Shown here piece by piece: positions 12,355 to 24,857 of a stretch of DNA of 50,125 nucleotides. Position 1 is the first letter of the stretch; every line of letters begins with the position of its first letter. The DNA comes from Chiloscyllium plagiosum (Eukaryota): the NCBI RefSeq assembly GCF_004010195.1, contig NC_057719.1, forward strand, positions 57,915,908 through 57,966,032, written 5' to 3'. Under the pieces are notes generated by a model. It was not told where the DNA came from, did no database searches, and saw nothing but the letters and a program-made list of their open reading frames with translations. A program made the position numbers and the translations under genes.

Positions 12355-12749
12355 CAATAGCTGTTCTCTGTTTGGCTTGTCCTATAATAGTAGTGTTGTC
12401 CCAGTCGAATTAATGTTGCTTGTCAATTGCGTGTGTGGCTACTAAGGATAGCTGGTCGTATGACACTACTATTATAGGACAAGCCAAACAGAGGATAGCC
12501 TGGGAATTCCTAGAGGCATGGCACTCATCCACAGATTCAATCAATAAGCACATCCACCTGGACCCAATAAACCGACCACTGCAGCAGACAGCTGGAACTG
12601 ACAACCAGAAGCGGCAGATTCAAACCACGACAAATACCGGAGGAAAGATCACAGAAGTGCTTCACAGGAGGCTCCCAAGCACTGAGGATGTCACCTAGAC
12701 AGGGGACGAAACTTCTGCAACACAAATTCCCAGCTCGGCGAACACAACA
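12355..12749 (+). mobile_element. Penelope-like element 3' end (second family) with inverted 5' segment
   Basis: ORF 12420..12698 includes IIGQAKQRIAWEFLEAWHSSTDSINKHIHLDP (resembles the PLE GIY-YIG C-terminus). 12361-12397 is an inverted copy of about 12463-12499. Hammerhead motif at 12679-12719. Confidence 0.8.
12679..12719 (+). ncRNA. Minimal hammerhead ribozyme-like motif (PLE family 2)
   Basis: gca-CUGAGGA-u-GUCACCU agac AGGGGAC-GAAA-c-UUC-ugc: core boxes, stem II and stem I (GCA/UGC) present; stem III palindrome mutated (ACUU rather than ACGU). Confidence 0.65.
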
Positions 12750-14289
12750 ATGTCAACAGTTTGTTCAATGCAGGTTCATGTTATTAGATTACTTTGGTTT
12801 TAGCATCTCTCAGCTTCTGTGACCACATACCACACAGATGTCAGGAGATATCTCTTCAGTGGATAACTTTTATTCCCCACCAGCCACTCAAGGAGTTTGG
12901 ATGGTGTTCTGAGGAGATGTGGTACATTAAGTTCTCCAAGAATAAAGGCATCATAACAACATTGCCAAGACTTTGCACTCAGCTTTGCAAAATTCACTTG
13001 CTGTGGTTGCAAACCAGCTGTATAAGCATTGAATGGAAGCCTTTTCTTTTCTGAAATATGGTTGGCACATTAGTTGTTATCTTGATGGCTCTGTTGGCAC
13101 AACATCCAGAACATGAGGGAGAAACATTACTCGTGATTTCTCTGCTTACACTGTCCCAACTATCTCAAAATTAGTGTTCTTCCCCATTTGGATAGCGTGA
13201 TGAGTCATTAGCTATGAGATTCCACCCACTCTTCAATAGAATGACCTGACTACATAAGACTTAAGTGCCTCAGTGACACTTAGAGCTTCATAAAAGATAC
13301 TGTTGTGGAGAGCAATGATGCATCAGGTCATTATGGACCAAAGAATAAATACCCAAAACCAACAACAAAGTCTCCGAAACTCAGCCATTTGAAGGTAACT
13401 GACACTTTACTGATACAGCCAATGTTTTGGGTAGCACCCTTGTCCCCTTGTCCCCCCTTGCTCCACTCCTCTGGCCTCCTCTTGACCAACAGGAAGCATA
13501 TGTCAAAGTTCCTCCTCACTATTCAGTGCAATGCCAGTGTTGCCTGCTCTCATCTCAATTCATTCATCTTTGACTTTTTGGTTCACCAGGACTTTCTGTA
13601 GCCATCTCTGATGCTCAAGTAATTCCAAATGTCTCACAGACCTCTTGAGAGTCTAACCATTCACTGCTCACAAAACCAAGCTTCTCATCACCAGGAATGA
13701 TAGCTCAGTGCCACTGAGCAGCTGGGCTTATCTGCCATCTCTTACAACAGTTGACCATTATCACTCATGACTCCCTGCTCTTTATACGACATCTATTCTA
13801 TAATGTGTCCCAGACCTTCAATTTTCCCCCATACGATGAGATGAAACTGCTGCTCTAAATATTGTTAATAAGCTCCACAACAAGCGCAATAATCTGTTAA
13901 TTGGAGACATGCGGATTGCCGGCTCCTGCCCTCCCTTTGAAAATCTCAGCACGTTTTGGGGGCATTGGGATCCACAGACTTTCAAAGTATGCTCATACCC
14001 AATCTGAAACTCATCAGCTTTTGAAAAATCTAGCCAATAATGCAACAGGACCTCCAGCCTATTCGTGAAGAATACGCTATAACTTGTATACTACGGTAGT
14101 TTAGGATATTTTTTCGAGCTTTCATCTCTACATTGAACAATATCTTCCATTGTTGCTGGCTGTTCTTTATCTGAGTACTTACTTAGGAAACCAAGTTTGA
14201 CAAAATCAAATCAAATGAAAGTAAGGCAGCCCCTTAGGGAAACTCTAAATTAAGTCAAAATTAGAGAAATTTAAATCAGTACATATCTT

Positions 14290-14392
14290 TAATCAACCTG
14301 TTCAGACATATTATGACACATCTCTGCTTTAGGTTGGACTTGAACAAGGACCTTCATGATAAGAGACAGGGATATTATCACTGTACCATAAT
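14290..14392 (-). mobile_element. Short tRNA-derived SINE fragment
   Basis: Minus strand tggtacagtgataatatccctgtctc...gttcaagtccaacc (A/B-box-like) followed by gtgtcataatatgtctgaacaggttgatta. Confidence 0.45.
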
Positions 14393-14896
14393 ATTCCGCC
14401 CACCCCTACATTGTGTTAAAGCAAAACTACAAATGTAACTGAATTAAAAAGCACTCAAAGAGCTGATTAAGTGCTGGAGTTAAAAAGAATTTGGAGGAGC
14501 GATAAACTTAAAATGTAATAGGTGGGATATGCCCATCATCACAACGCCACCATCCTCAACTCCCATGCCCAATCAGTGCCCAATATTTTCTAAAAGTTTC
14601 TAGTATGTTGTCAGACAGCACACACTCCCTTTCCAAGGACACGCAGGCATACACATAACCATGAAAGAGAAGCAGGGAATTATGACCCCTCTGCCTGGAT
14701 CTGCTAATGGCTACTTCAGTCAGGCTCATAAGCAGACTTGGTCATGAGGTTCCCTGACCTGTCTGCACCCACACACAATGTGTGCACAAAGATCAGTTAC
14801 GTGGGGGCTGAAGTGCAAACAAAAATTTAACTATTCCAATCTCCTATAACCAATGCACATTAAGTTCACAGTATTATCGAATATGCAGTTATACGA

Positions 14897-15180
14897 CTAT
14901 AAGACCATGAGAAATAGGAGCAACTTGGCTCCCTGAATCTGCTCTACCATTAATAGGGTCATAGCTGATCCAACATTCCTCCAACATTTCCTGCCCCATG
15001 CCCATAAACTTTGATATCCTTACTCATCAAGAATCTATCTATTTCAGCTTTAAATATAAACAAGGATTCTGTCCTCACAGCTTTCTGTAGAAAGGAGTTC
15101 CAAAGACTCTCAACTTTCTGAGAGTAAGAATTCCTCTATCTCAGTCTAAATCAGTGCCACTTTATTCTGAGACTATGTGT
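14897..15180 (-). mobile_element. CR1 LINE 3' tail
   Basis: taagaccatgagaaataggagc...acagctttctgtagaaaggagttccaaagactc; homologous to 27610-27900 and 48535-48810. Confidence 0.75.
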
Positions 15181-15969
15181 GGCAGTTGGCTCAGGTGTCC
15201 ATGAACCACCTACGTCTATGATTTTAAGGGATTGCCATATATAACACCCTTTATCCCAGGTCCTGATTGCAAGTGAGAGGACTCCTGCATGGAAAACCCT
15301 CACTCACGGTAGAAAAGCTTGCTAACTTAACATGGAGCTATACTCATGCAACAGAAGATGCAACTCTAGTCTTTGAAAGGCTTAGTGAGAAGGTAAAACG
15401 CAGTGAATGAATCAACAACACAGTGAGAGAATCTCTGTGTTATAGGATGTGCTGCTACAGGTGTTAGCAACAAAGAGTGTTATATCCAGATACGAGACAA
15501 GATTCCCAAATTTATTCTAGGTCTAGATGGGATACCCAAACTTTTAAGCTCCCAGATGAACAGGCATAAACTGGCTCCCATTCTTTGTTAACTGACCACC
15601 TCAGTTGGTTGCAACATGGAATCATTTTAAAATAATCCATTCCTTTGTGAATTTGTTTCTACCATAACTCAAATGAACTTCTTGATTTAAAAAGCAGCCA
15701 ATCTAAATCGGCTTTTCTTTTCATTAACAAAGATTGAGTTCATTAATTACTAAATGCAAAAAAAATTAGTAATGCAACATGCCTACACAAAGATTAAAAA
15801 GAATAGGTGAGGCTAAGAGGATAAAAGTTAAAATACAAAATCACCCCAGTCTCTGAATTATTCTCTAAAATTGAATTATTGAACATTGCAGACACTAGTT
15901 ACTGATAGTATAGATAGAGGTCATTAAAGAGCTGATTTCATGATCTTAAGTTTTGTAGAAAGAGTCCAG

Positions 15970-16660
15970 CCATCACATCTTGATATTCACTGGCATCATC
16001 ATCACTGAATCCACTATTACCAATACCTAGGGGGTGCCATTCACCAGAAACTGAACTAAATCAGCCATATAAATGCTGTGGTTACAACAGCAGATTATAG
16101 GTTGGAAATTCTGCTTGACTAATCTAACTCCAGTCTCCTCAAGACTTGCCCATCATCTACAAAGCACAGGTCAGGAGTGTGACACGCACTCTCCACTTGC
16201 ATTGATGAGTGTAGCTTCAACAACAATCATGAAGCTTAACACCATCTAGGACAAAATATACTACCTGATTTTCAGCATGAATATCTTCAGCATGTATTCC
16301 CTTCACCACCAACACAGAGTGGCAGCAGAGTGCACCATTTACATGAGGACGGCCAAGGTGCCAGAGCTCGTTAGAAAGCAATCCCATGGTTTCTACCATT
16401 GAGAAAGACAAGGATACATAGGAACAGCACACTTGCAAGTTCCTCTTCAAAACACACACCATCCTGAACTATATCAGTATTCCTTCACTGCTACAGGGTC
16501 AAAAATCCTGGTATTTCCTTATGAACAAAACTGTGGTATAACTAAATGACATGGACTGCAGAAGTCAAAGAAGGCAACTCACTACCACCTTCTCAAGGCC
16601 AATTAGAAGGGACAATAAATGCTAGTCTAGCCAGCAAATCCCACATTCTACAAATGAATT
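15970..16660 (+). mobile_element. CR1-group LINE family B 3' end
   Basis: ccatcatctacaaagcacaggtcaggagtgtg (IYKAQVRSV); tail gggacaataaatgctagtctagccagc...cccacatt. Confidence 0.75.
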
Positions 16661-17999
16661 TTAAGAAACACAAAAAATATTAGATCTATTGTCATTCCTG
16701 CATTCCAGAGATTATCAACTGCATTTTGGCACATTAAATTTAATGAAGATTAACTTGTCTCCTATCCTACTGTTCTCAATAATGGCTGCCATTTTCCCTC
16801 AGTTAGGTTTTAATAAGGGAAACAAAATCTAACATATTCTTTAGTTTCCCTTTTTTACTTCTGTTTAAATGGCACTATCATACTCTGAATATTCAATTTA
16901 ACTTATTACAAGCTCCCGGTTCAAGAAATTCACTTTATTTTAATCCCAATTCAGGATGACAGGCTTAAAAGTAATTCCATCAAACACTCCTAAATCTAAA
17001 TTCACAATCATCAGGAGTAGCATTACAAAATGGCTTGGCTGCCAGACTGCAATTTGCACGCTACCAACTCAGCACAAGTTCTGTAAGTTACTGTATGTTA
17101 TTCACGCAAGGCTATTAACATCGAATGGTGAGCTGTGTGGTCCAGATGACTATGTACAATCCAGTTGAGGGAGTCACGTGCAATACTATTGGATTTTTAA
17201 CACAAAAGTAGTACATTTTTTATTTGAAGTGATTAAAAGTCAAAGTAGTAATTTCAAATTAATACGGACTGATGACGATATGGCAAAGTCATAAAATAAG
17301 TTTGTATTAATTAATTTGCAAATATAAAGTCATTTGTAAAATGTTTGTATGATGGTTTATTACAAAGCAATAAACTATAACTATCAGATCCAAAATGCAA
17401 ACTATTTGAATACTGCTATTGTTGTACAGCACATAGTTATTATCTTGCACTGATCTGTATTATTAAAATGTCAACATTTCTGAACTCATAAAACAATTTC
17501 AGACTTATGAGTACAAAGACGATAATAACAGCATACTGAATTTTATAGCAATATAGTATTAATGCCATGAAATACAATAAATTACATCAGCATTATCATA
17601 GCAGTAGATTAACTGATTATTAAAGGATACTATTCTTTCTTTATTCCATATTACATTAATTCTAATATAGTATAGTTAATAACAATTATTGACATTTACA
17701 CTTTATAATTAGTTATAGGGATGCACAAAATTACTAAAGCCCAAACTACAATGATCAAGCTAGAGACAGTATTATTGCACACCTGAGGCCACTCTGGATA
17801 TTGGTATTTGCCAATAAAACATGAAGAATAACAACGAAAGCAACATGACTAATTTCAATGCAAAATGTTCGGAGAGCAAGAAAGTTCAATTGGGAATAAA
17901 CTAGCATCTCTAAAGCAGTAGTGCCAATTATACCCAATAAGATAGAGAGATCAGACTTAATCAAGTTACTGATTGAGCATTTCTGGTCCAAGTTCAGAT

Positions 18000-19100
18000 C
18001 TGGATCAGATACAGAAGAATCAGAACCTGAAGCTGATCAGTGTATGCTACTCATGGTTGAATAGATAAGATTAAAGCTCGAATTTAAGGAAAATAAACAA
18101 GTGAGAGTCATAAAAGCAGAACAATATGAGTGAGAAAGAGCTTTCCACAAAGTGGAGCTGAAAATTGGAGCACAATGAAAGGGAGACCTAAAACAACTTG
18201 AAGCAGCTAGGGACAATATAACTCTGCCAAATTTCCATGACACATAAACATGTGTTAAATATCTAAAACTCTCGACATTCATTCCAGAGTTTGAAGAGAG
18301 TGATGTATAATCCATTTTGTGCTACTTCTGAGAAGTTAGCAGATCAGCTATATTGGTCACAAAAAGTATGAAAGTGAAGGTACTGATGAAGGAGCGGCAC
18401 TCTGAAAGCTTGGGATTTCAAGTAAACCTGTTGGACTATAATCTGGTGTCATGTGACCTCTACATCACAAGAAGTATGTACCCTTGAGATACAGGCTCTG
18501 TTGCATGAAATGACCATGTGATTTCTGCTGTATCCTGAAATGTGGACCAGTTATGAACAGACTAAGGCTCCTATTCGCACTACCAGTAAGTTACTCCAGG
18601 ATGCCTAACATCAACAATGTGAAATACTATGAGACATCCATACAAACCTATATACAATTTGAAAAACTGGCACAAATATCCTCCAACTGGTGGGTTTACA
18701 CTTTTAAAATAGAATGCACTTGCAACAATATATAAAATCAACTGCTTGGCAAGTTTAAAAACTGCCTTCCCTCCAATCGAAGGATGCACATGGAAAGTCA
18801 AAGGGTTACCCCAGTCAGGGCAGCAGGAACTATTACTGACAATTAATCTCTCTATAATTCTAGGAATTCAAACAACCCATCTTGAATCATGCCAAGAATA
18901 TTTGGAGAGATAAAAGGGACAGAAGTAGGTCCAGGAGAAAGGAGGGTAGAGAAAACCAGGCAAACCAATCCATAACTTTTAAAACAAAGCTCTTAGCCAG
19001 AAAAGTCATGGGGAACGTTATAGCAGTCAATGTCTGACTTTATGGAAGTTGTATTTCTCTGTACATGCGGAGGAGGCGAACCAGATACTCATTGGAATTT
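18000..19100 (+). mobile_element. Degraded Gypsy-type LTR retrotransposon gag remnant
   Basis: IPEFEESDV-like (attccagagtttgaagagagtgatgta), EKLA...W and QTYIQFEKLAQ...NWW segments resemble vertebrate Gypsy gag; many stops and frameshifts. Confidence 0.5.
18371..18464 (+). mobile_element. PLE-derived hammerhead mini-insertion (family 3) with 14-bp TSD
   Basis: ctgatgaaggagcggcactctgaaagctt...aaacctgttggactataatctggtgtcatgtga; TSD tcacaaaaagtatg (18357-18370) / tcacaagaagtatg (18465-18478). Confidence 0.8.
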
Positions 19101-19109
19101 TATGCACAA

Positions 19110-19810
19110 GAGCAAGTTGGCCCTCATGGTTTCCAAGGGGCCAGGGAAGATCAGCATTTTCTGACCCACCGGTGCTTTTTCATGCCCCGTCTTTTTTCTC
19201 CTCATTATTTTCTTAAGATTCCCTTGCACTTTCCACATCCCACTAGGGCCTCTACTTAACTTTCTCCCTTTGTAACGGTTGAAAAATATCCCTTTTCCTT
19301 CTTAACCAGTTTTGAATACTCCTAGATATCCAGGGTTCTCTGGCTTTAATGCACTCCAAAAGGGCCTGTACTCTTGTCAATTCCATTTTCAATGCTCCCA
19401 CTGGTCTGGTGTCCATTTACCCAGAAGCAGCTGCTCCCAGTCTAGTTTGGCCAAACCCAGTCTTATTTTAATTAAATCCGCCTTTCCCCAATCCAAAACA
19501 ATTTTTTTGCATAATAACTTTCTCCTTTTATCTAACAAACGTAAAACAAACAGTTTTGCAGCCACTATCACCAAACTTCATGCCCAGAATTAGGTCCAGC
19601 ACAACAATCTTGTTGGACATTCTGTATGTCTGTCCCCTTTTTATTCTGGCTTAAGACAATTAACTTTGGGAACATTGAAATCTCCTAACATAATTACTTT
19701 ATTATTGTTTTTACTTTGAATTGTTTTATTGTGAATTGTCTACATATCTGATCCTCTATTGCCCACTTACAATCTGAGGTCTGTAAAACACTCCCATTAG
19801 TGTAACTGTC
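19110..19810 (-). mobile_element. Degraded CR1 ORF2 fragment (endonuclease/linker region)
   Basis: ORF 19389..19574(-) VLDWGKADLIKIRLGLAKLDWEQLL.GK...QWE resembles CR1 ORF2. Confidence 0.7.
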
Positions 19811-19987
19811 CCCTTGATGAGTGCAAGACACAAAACCTTGTCAAAATATGCTTTTTACAGTAGCATTCAAGTACTGCACTACTGAGCAACTATTCAAGTA
19901 GATTCCATGGATATCTGGTTTAGATGTGGCGAGAACAGATGAATTAAATGTCAGGCTGAAATGTCAGGATCATCCTGAATACATAGA

Positions 19988-20112
19988 TGAAAGTGGGTAC
20001 TACAAATGCTGGAGATTAGAGGCAAAATTAGAGTGGTGCTGGAAAAGCACAGCTGGTCAGGCAGCATCTGAGGAACAGAAAATCGATGTTTCGGGCAAAA
20101 GCCCTTCATCAC
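19988..20112 (-). mobile_element. PLE terminal mini-insertion with hammerhead motif
   Basis: Minus strand tgatgaagggcttttgcccgaaacatcgattttctg; truncated at the ribozyme 5' edge. Confidence 0.8.
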
Positions 20113-20227
20113 AAATGCTGAAGGGCTTACCACTACATTCTGAAAGCCAATTTGGAATAGGCAATAAATACTAGCCCAGCCAGTGATGTCCACAGTCCCA
20201 GAAATGAATAAAAGTATCATTTTGCTT

Positions 20228-20607
20228 CATTCTTTCATAGGATATGGGTATAGCTACCAAGGCTAGAATTTGTTGCTCGTTCTTAATTTCATTTGAAATC
20301 AATGGCTTGTTAGGTAATTTCAGAGGACAGCTAAGGTCAGTTGAACGTTTGGATCTGGAGACACACACAGACCAGACCAGGTAAGGATGGCACATTTCCT
20401 TCCCTAAAAGTCCATAGCGAATCAGACGGGCTTTCATTACAATCACTGGTAGTTTCATAAGCATTCTGAAGCTAGTTTTCAATTTCTGATTTATCAGTTG
20501 GATTTAATTCCAGCAGCTACCACGGTGAGACTTGAAATTCTGACACTATGGCATTAGTCTGGGCCTATGGGTTGCTAGTCCAGTGGCATCACCACTATGC
20601 TACCTCC
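20228..20607 (-). mobile_element. Second tRNA-derived SINE family (tail shared with LINE family B)
   Basis: Minus head ggaggtagcatagtggtgatgccactggactag; body tttagggaaggaaatgtgccatccttacctggtctgg; homologous to 26645-27160. Confidence 0.7.
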
Positions 20608-20639
20608 ACCTCCATTAAAACATAAAGTAGGGAAGGCGA

Positions 20640-21507
20640 CAATCAGTGTCCCTGGTCTCTGCCACAAACTCCATTCTCCTATCACCAGCTGTATCCCATC
20701 TCCCTGACGGCTGTCTGGGGTTAAACTAAACTGCTCACAACATTAACCCTAAGATAAATTTTTCAACCATATATCCGCTATCTCGAAGAGTAACTACTTC
20801 CAACTTTGTAGCATCACCTGGTTTTGCCTCTCTCTCAGCTCACCTGGTGGTAAAACCCTTTTTCCATGACTTTGTCACCTCCAGACATAGTGACTTGGTG
20901 TACTTCTTCCATATTCCCAGAGGGGAAAAAAGTTAAAAAATACTGAGAAATAAATGTACTTGTCATAGTGATCTTCCATTTTGAAGAGTGCAAGATGAAC
21001 TAGTCCAAGTGATCACTCATTCATTCACCTTTTTGTTTCTGGTTTTCCCTTCTGCAATCTGTAAACTCGAGACTGTCGAAAAATCTGCTGGCTATATTTT
21101 AACATGTACCTAACCTGCTTGCCTGTTATCCTAGCTAAGCGATGTCTCAATGCTAAAATTCTCATCCTTGATTTGAAATCTCTCCATGCTCTAGCCTCAC
21201 CCTATCTCTGTAATTTCTTGCAGGCTTCCAACCCTCAGATATCTGGACTTTGTTGACTCTGGCCCTTTGTCCTTCTTGGATTGTTTTGTTGCAGCATGAT
21301 TGCCAGGCTATTAGTTGCTTATACCCTTGGCTTTAGACTTTGTTTCCTCCTAAACCTCTCTGCTTCTAATTACTTCCTCTATTATGATGTTTCTTAAAAT
21401 CTACCTCTTTGACCAAACTTTGCTATCTGCCCTATTGTCTCTTCTCTGGTCTAATCTCATATTTGTTTTTTAACGTCTCCGTGAAACACTGGGGAATGCT
21501 TTATTAC
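20640..21507 (+). mobile_element. Degraded L2-like LINE 3' region
   Basis: aaaattctcatccttgatttgaaatctctccatgctctagcctcaccctatctctg (KILIL..KSLH.LA.PYL-like); tail gtgaaacactggggaatgctttattac. Confidence 0.6.
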
Positions 21508-22325
21508 AGTCGAAAAATGTGGCGCTAGAAAAGCACGGCAGATCAGGCAGCATCTGAGGAGCTGGAGAATCGATGTTTCGGGCATAAGCCCTTCATCAGG
21601 AATGTTGTGGGGCGAGAGGGGAAAGGGAGCTGAAAGATAAATAGGAGGGTGGTAGGAGGGTGGTAGTAGTGGTGGGGGTGAGGCAGCTGGGAGGGTGATA
21701 CGTAGATGCAGGTGGGATGGGTTAATGGTGATAGGTTGGAGCGGAGGGTGGGGCGGATAGGTGGGAAGGAAGATGGACAGGTAGGACAGTTCAAGAGGAC
21801 AGTGCTGAGTTGGATGGTTGGATCTAGAATGAGATGGGGGAGGGAAGATAAGGAAACTGGTGAAATTGATGTTGATGCCATGTGGTGGGAGAGTCCAAAG
21901 GTAGAAGATGAGGTGTTCTTCCTCCAGGCATCGGGCAGCTTGGATTTGGTGGTGGAGGAGACCCAGGACTCACATGTCCCTGGCAGAGTGGGAGGCGGTG
22001 GTGAAGTGGTCAGCCGCAGGAAGGTAGGGTTGTTTGGTGCGTGTGTCGCAGAGATGTTCCCTGAAACGTTCACTACAAGTTGGCATCCTGTCACCCCAAT
22101 GTAGAGGAGACCACATTGAGAGCAATGGACATAGTAGGTGAGGTGTTTGGATGTGCATGAAAATCTCTGCCAGATGTGGAAGGATCCTTTGGGGTCTTGG
22201 ACAGAGGTAATGTCTGCATGTTTTACACATCTTGTGGCAGCAAGAGAAGGTGCCTGGAGTGGAGGGTGGGTTGGTGGATGGTGTGTGGACCTATCGAGGG
22301 AGTCGCAGATGGAATGGTCTCTCCG
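21508..22325 (-). mobile_element. Penelope-like element: GIY-YIG endonuclease region plus terminal repeat with hammerhead
   Basis: Minus strand encodes TYYVHCSQCGLLYIGVTG...ERFREHL (frameshifted GIY-YIG domain), then a pyrimidine-rich UTR and the hammerhead at 21568-21603. Confidence 0.88.
21568..21603 (-). ncRNA. Minimal hammerhead ribozyme motif (PLE family 1)
   Basis: auuc-CUGAUGA-a-GGGC uuau GCCC-GAAA-c-AUC-gauu; core and stem II intact, probable CpG decay in stem III (ACAU vs ACGU). Confidence 0.75.
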
Positions 22326-22469
22326 CTGCCATCTTGCAACATGAAGTGCATTGTTTCATTCCTACCTTTCTCACTAATATTTAAAAATGTAGGAAATTTT
22401 GAAATAACAAGCTAAAAGAGCTGTGGTGTAAAGGTACAATGCTGAATTCATTAAATATATTGCATATGT

Positions 22470-23220
22470 GCTGATGATGTAGTTCAAACTAAACATTGCA
22501 GCTGGGTTTGCCGGTACTGCTGGGAGGAATTCAAACTAGTTTGCTGGAGAACACACTCAGAATTATTAAAATAGGGACACTGCATACTTTAGTCAAGGTA
22601 GAGGCAGTTCAGCCATATTAAGTTTCAAGGGAGTAATGTGAGACTGATGGCCTCTCCTCTAACGCTAGGAATATTATAGGTAAGACAGATGAGTAAAGTG
22701 AGTGGATTGACACATTGAATTGAGATGTTGTTGTCACCTCAGAGTCACAGATTAAAGGGGGCAGGACTGGCAACTCAACATTTTGGGGTATAGGATGTTC
22801 AGGTAGGATGGGGAAGTCTTAAAAAGGAAATGGTGTTACAATATTAATTGAGAGACAGTTACAATTGTAAAGAGATTTATATTGGAAGGGTCTTCAATTT
22901 AGGCGTTGTAGGTAGATTTTAGAAATAATAGAGGACAGTCACACTGCTGGGACTGTTTTATAGACCTTCAAATACTAAGTGAGCAACAGAGAAACAGATA
23001 TGTGGACAACTCACAATAAAACAATTCACAGTAAGAACAGTAAGAGACGAATTATATTAGGAGATTTCAACATCCCAAAAATTAATTGTGATAGTTCCTA
23101 GTATAAGGGGGACAGATTTCTTGAAATATATTCAGGACAGCTTTTCATATCAGCATATAGAAGGTCCAACAAGAGTGTAGTGCTGAAGCTATTTCTCGGG
23201 AGCAAATCCGGACAGGTGTT
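22470..23220 (+). mobile_element. Degraded CR1 ORF1-end/ORF2 endonuclease region
   Basis: atattaggagatttcaacatccca (ILGDFNIP), ctgggactgttttatagacc (LG.FYRP). Confidence 0.7.
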
Positions 23221-23680
23221 ATTCAAATTACTTGAATGTGCAAAGAGCTATGCTAAAACTAATTTAAGATGGTTAATTGGGTTCACAGTGGACTGCATGC
23301 TTTGAAAGCTACATTTATTAATACACAGGGCCGATTCTTTGCAGACAGAACAAACATGTAAATGCACTACACCTGTTTTAACTCAACAAAATAGGTGGCA
23401 GCCATTTGATGGTTCACTTCTCAGGACTCAGGTCTTGTCCAATAAGAGTCAGCGTGCCTGGTTTAACATTAAAACACCTTGGCCAGTAACTGTCAATCAG
23501 CATTAATGAATACTTTCTCCACATCAACACCTTTACCAATCACAGTCTACTTGCCAAACAATCAGCATATTCCTCTCGTGTTATATAAATTTTGTTTTCC
23601 CCTTATCTGTATTCTTGCAAACTATCCTGATGTGTAAGATGTAATATTTTGACAAAATATGTCTTTTTTCAGGAATAATT
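23220..23680 (+). mobile_element. Old PLE 3' end (family 4) with eroded hammerhead
   Basis: gctacatttattaatacacagggccgattctttgcagacagaac resembles the PLE C-terminal LEA..I....P.LC.QK; eroded cctgatg.gtaagatg motif near 23626 is related to ttgatgagtgcaagac at about 19814. Confidence 0.5.
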
Positions 23681-24534
23681 ATTTGAGTCTGCATCATTTG
23701 GACTCATGGAGTGCACATAATGGTGTACCAATGGGAATGCTTCATTAAGTAAAGGTAAGAGAGTGTCATGGTTTTCATGGGGTTGAGGGTAGAGAAGGTG
23801 GAGATCAGGATGTGATCGGTAGCTGCAGAAATGTCGTGATCAATGAAGGGCCAAAGGCTAGATAATGGCTAAAAGGCCAGAAACCACAGGGCAACATATC
23901 ATCACTTTTACATTTAAATACTTGTGAAGGGCATAGTGAAGAAAGGAAAAGTCACCAACTAGAATTCATATTTTAAAAGATGCACCTAAAACAATCTATG
24001 AACCAAATCAATAAACACTAATAACCCAGATTATAAAATATTCCTGGTAGTTATACCATGGGTCACAGAAAGATTTTCAATTAATATTTGTAGAAATACT
24101 TCCGTTTTAGTATATGTATATGAAAATAAAACTACATTTGCAAATGCAACATTTCCAAATTGTTTCAAGAAAATTCACATTGGAGTCATTCCTCATTTAA
24201 CCATTGTGACAGTTGCACAAAGATTTAATACATTCTTCAGAATGCCAACCTGAAAAATGGAATGTACAATACTTGGTCTCAGTCAAAAATGTTTTTGCTG
24301 TCGAAAACTATTAAGTTTCAGGCAACCCAAAGAACATTTTCACCAAATCGATGGCTTTTCAGCAACAGACACTGAGTATCTTTGTGTGCGTTCCTGGGAT
24401 CAGGCCATAGAGCACTATAACTGTGTTTTGGAAATTTTGGAGTCAAACATTGATAGAACTGCCAGACTTCACTCCTGATTTGCTTTATAGACATGAATTT
24501 CAGAAGGTGGTGTGAAATAAGCTCGTCGTTGCCA

Positions 24535-24857
24535 CGGCGGCACGGTGGCACAGTGGTTAGCACTGCTGCCTCGCAGCGCCAGAGACCCGGGTTCAATTCC
24601 CGCCTCAGGCGACTGACTGTGTGGAGTTTGCACGTTCTCCCCGTGTCTGCGTGGGTTTCCTCCGGGTGCTCCGGTTTCCTCCCACAATCCAAAGATGTGC
24701 AGGTCAGGTGAATTGGCCATGCTAAATTGCCCGTAGTGTTAGGTAAGGGGTAAATGTAGGGGTATGGGTGGGTTACGCTTCGGCGGGTCGGTGTGGACTT
24801 GTTGGGCCGAAGGGCCTGTTTCCACATTGTAATGTAATCTAATCTAATCTAATCTAA
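24535..24857 (+). mobile_element. HE1-type SINE, young full-length copy
   Basis: CpG-rich, intact A/B boxes (tggcacagtgg; ggttcaattcc), (TAATC)n tail; nearly identical to 31934-32250. Confidence 0.97.

Noticed and set aside
24535..24610. tRNA gene
   Set aside because: The tRNA-like head continues into the SINE body and tail and recurs in seven copies; it is not a standalone tRNA.
990..24857. SINE-driven circularisation of the slc25a21 exon
   Set aside because: The exon is only 49 nt and the flanking inverted SINEs are distant and diverged; there is no direct support.
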